Shown in pieces: positions 63,700 to 64,000 of a stretch of DNA of 64,000 nt (position 1 is its first letter; every line of letters begins with the position of its first letter). Under the pieces are notes generated by a model. It saw only the letters and a program-made list of their open reading frames with translations, made no database searches and had not been told where the DNA came from. Both the position numbers and the translations under genes were made by a program. The DNA is from Octopus sinensis (lineage: Eukaryota): positions 51,770,001 through 51,834,000 of the forward strand of contig NC_043003.1 in NCBI RefSeq assembly GCF_006345805.1, in the 5' to 3' direction.

Positions 63700-64000
63700 G
63701 ATTCAGACGAACATATTCCGCTGGATGTGTAATGTCAACATGCATGAACGATGGAGCACATTTGAGATGGGGGGGAGTATAAGAGGAATCAGCTGTAGTG
63801 TGCACGAGAGAAGATTGCGCTGGTACGAACATGTGGTACGTTTGAAGGATAACAGTTGTGTAAAAAGTGTTTCAAGCAACCCAGTATAAAGGAGATTGCA
63901 GAAGAGGAAGATCGTTAAAGATGTTGGAAGGTGTGGTGAAATTTGATCTCAGGAAGGCGAAGTCAAGACTACTACGAGTGACAAGATGCTGGGAAAAAAA
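63700..64000 (+). mobile_element. RTE-clade LINE fragment
   Basis: Peptide FRWMCNV...ERRLRWYEHVVRL matches the RTE LRWMCG...ERRLRWYGHV.R motif. It runs off the window. Confidence 0.75.

Larger units (their letters stand above)
58989..64000 (-). other. 3' part of ptc intron 1 (at least 5 kb)
   Basis: Strong polypyrimidine tract and cag at 58989-59012. No exon encoding the expected upstream Patched segment (S[WY].DA..AL.QI.K) was found up to 64000. Confidence 0.75.

Overview
AT-rich, microsatellite- and SINE-saturated animal DNA, most likely an octopus (inferred from the repeat families and composition). The window lies inside one gene on the minus strand: patched (ptc / PTCH1 orthologue, the Hedgehog receptor). 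Two coding exons are present: 58796-58988 (193 bp, TM1, equivalent to PTCH1 exon 2) and 3549-3735 (187 bp, start of ECD1, equivalent to exon 3). A 55,060-bp phase-1 GT-AG intron separates them. I could not find exon 1 or exon 4, which are probably outside the window. The rest is intronic: several SINE families, RTE and CR1/Jockey-type LINE remnants, a mariner remnant, a hAT deletion derivative with an intact 8-bp TSD, piggyBac-like and hAT-like MITEs, a Helentron-like element and many microsatellites. Most notable observations: (1) a ~1.81-kb near-perfect tandem duplication bounded by (AT)n tracts that carries the only perfect Gli/Ci consensus sites I found; (2) sharp CpG-rich and CpG-depleted domains inside the gene, including an isolated 2.3-kb CpG island in mid-intron; (3) a YY1/ETS/Gli-variant motif cluster plus a well-bounded plus-strand exon suggesting an antisense transcript; (4) inverted repeat pairs bracketing both exons; (5) a dimeric SINE that retroposed as one unit. 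All counts and alignments were done by eye. Family names are from memory and need database confirmation.
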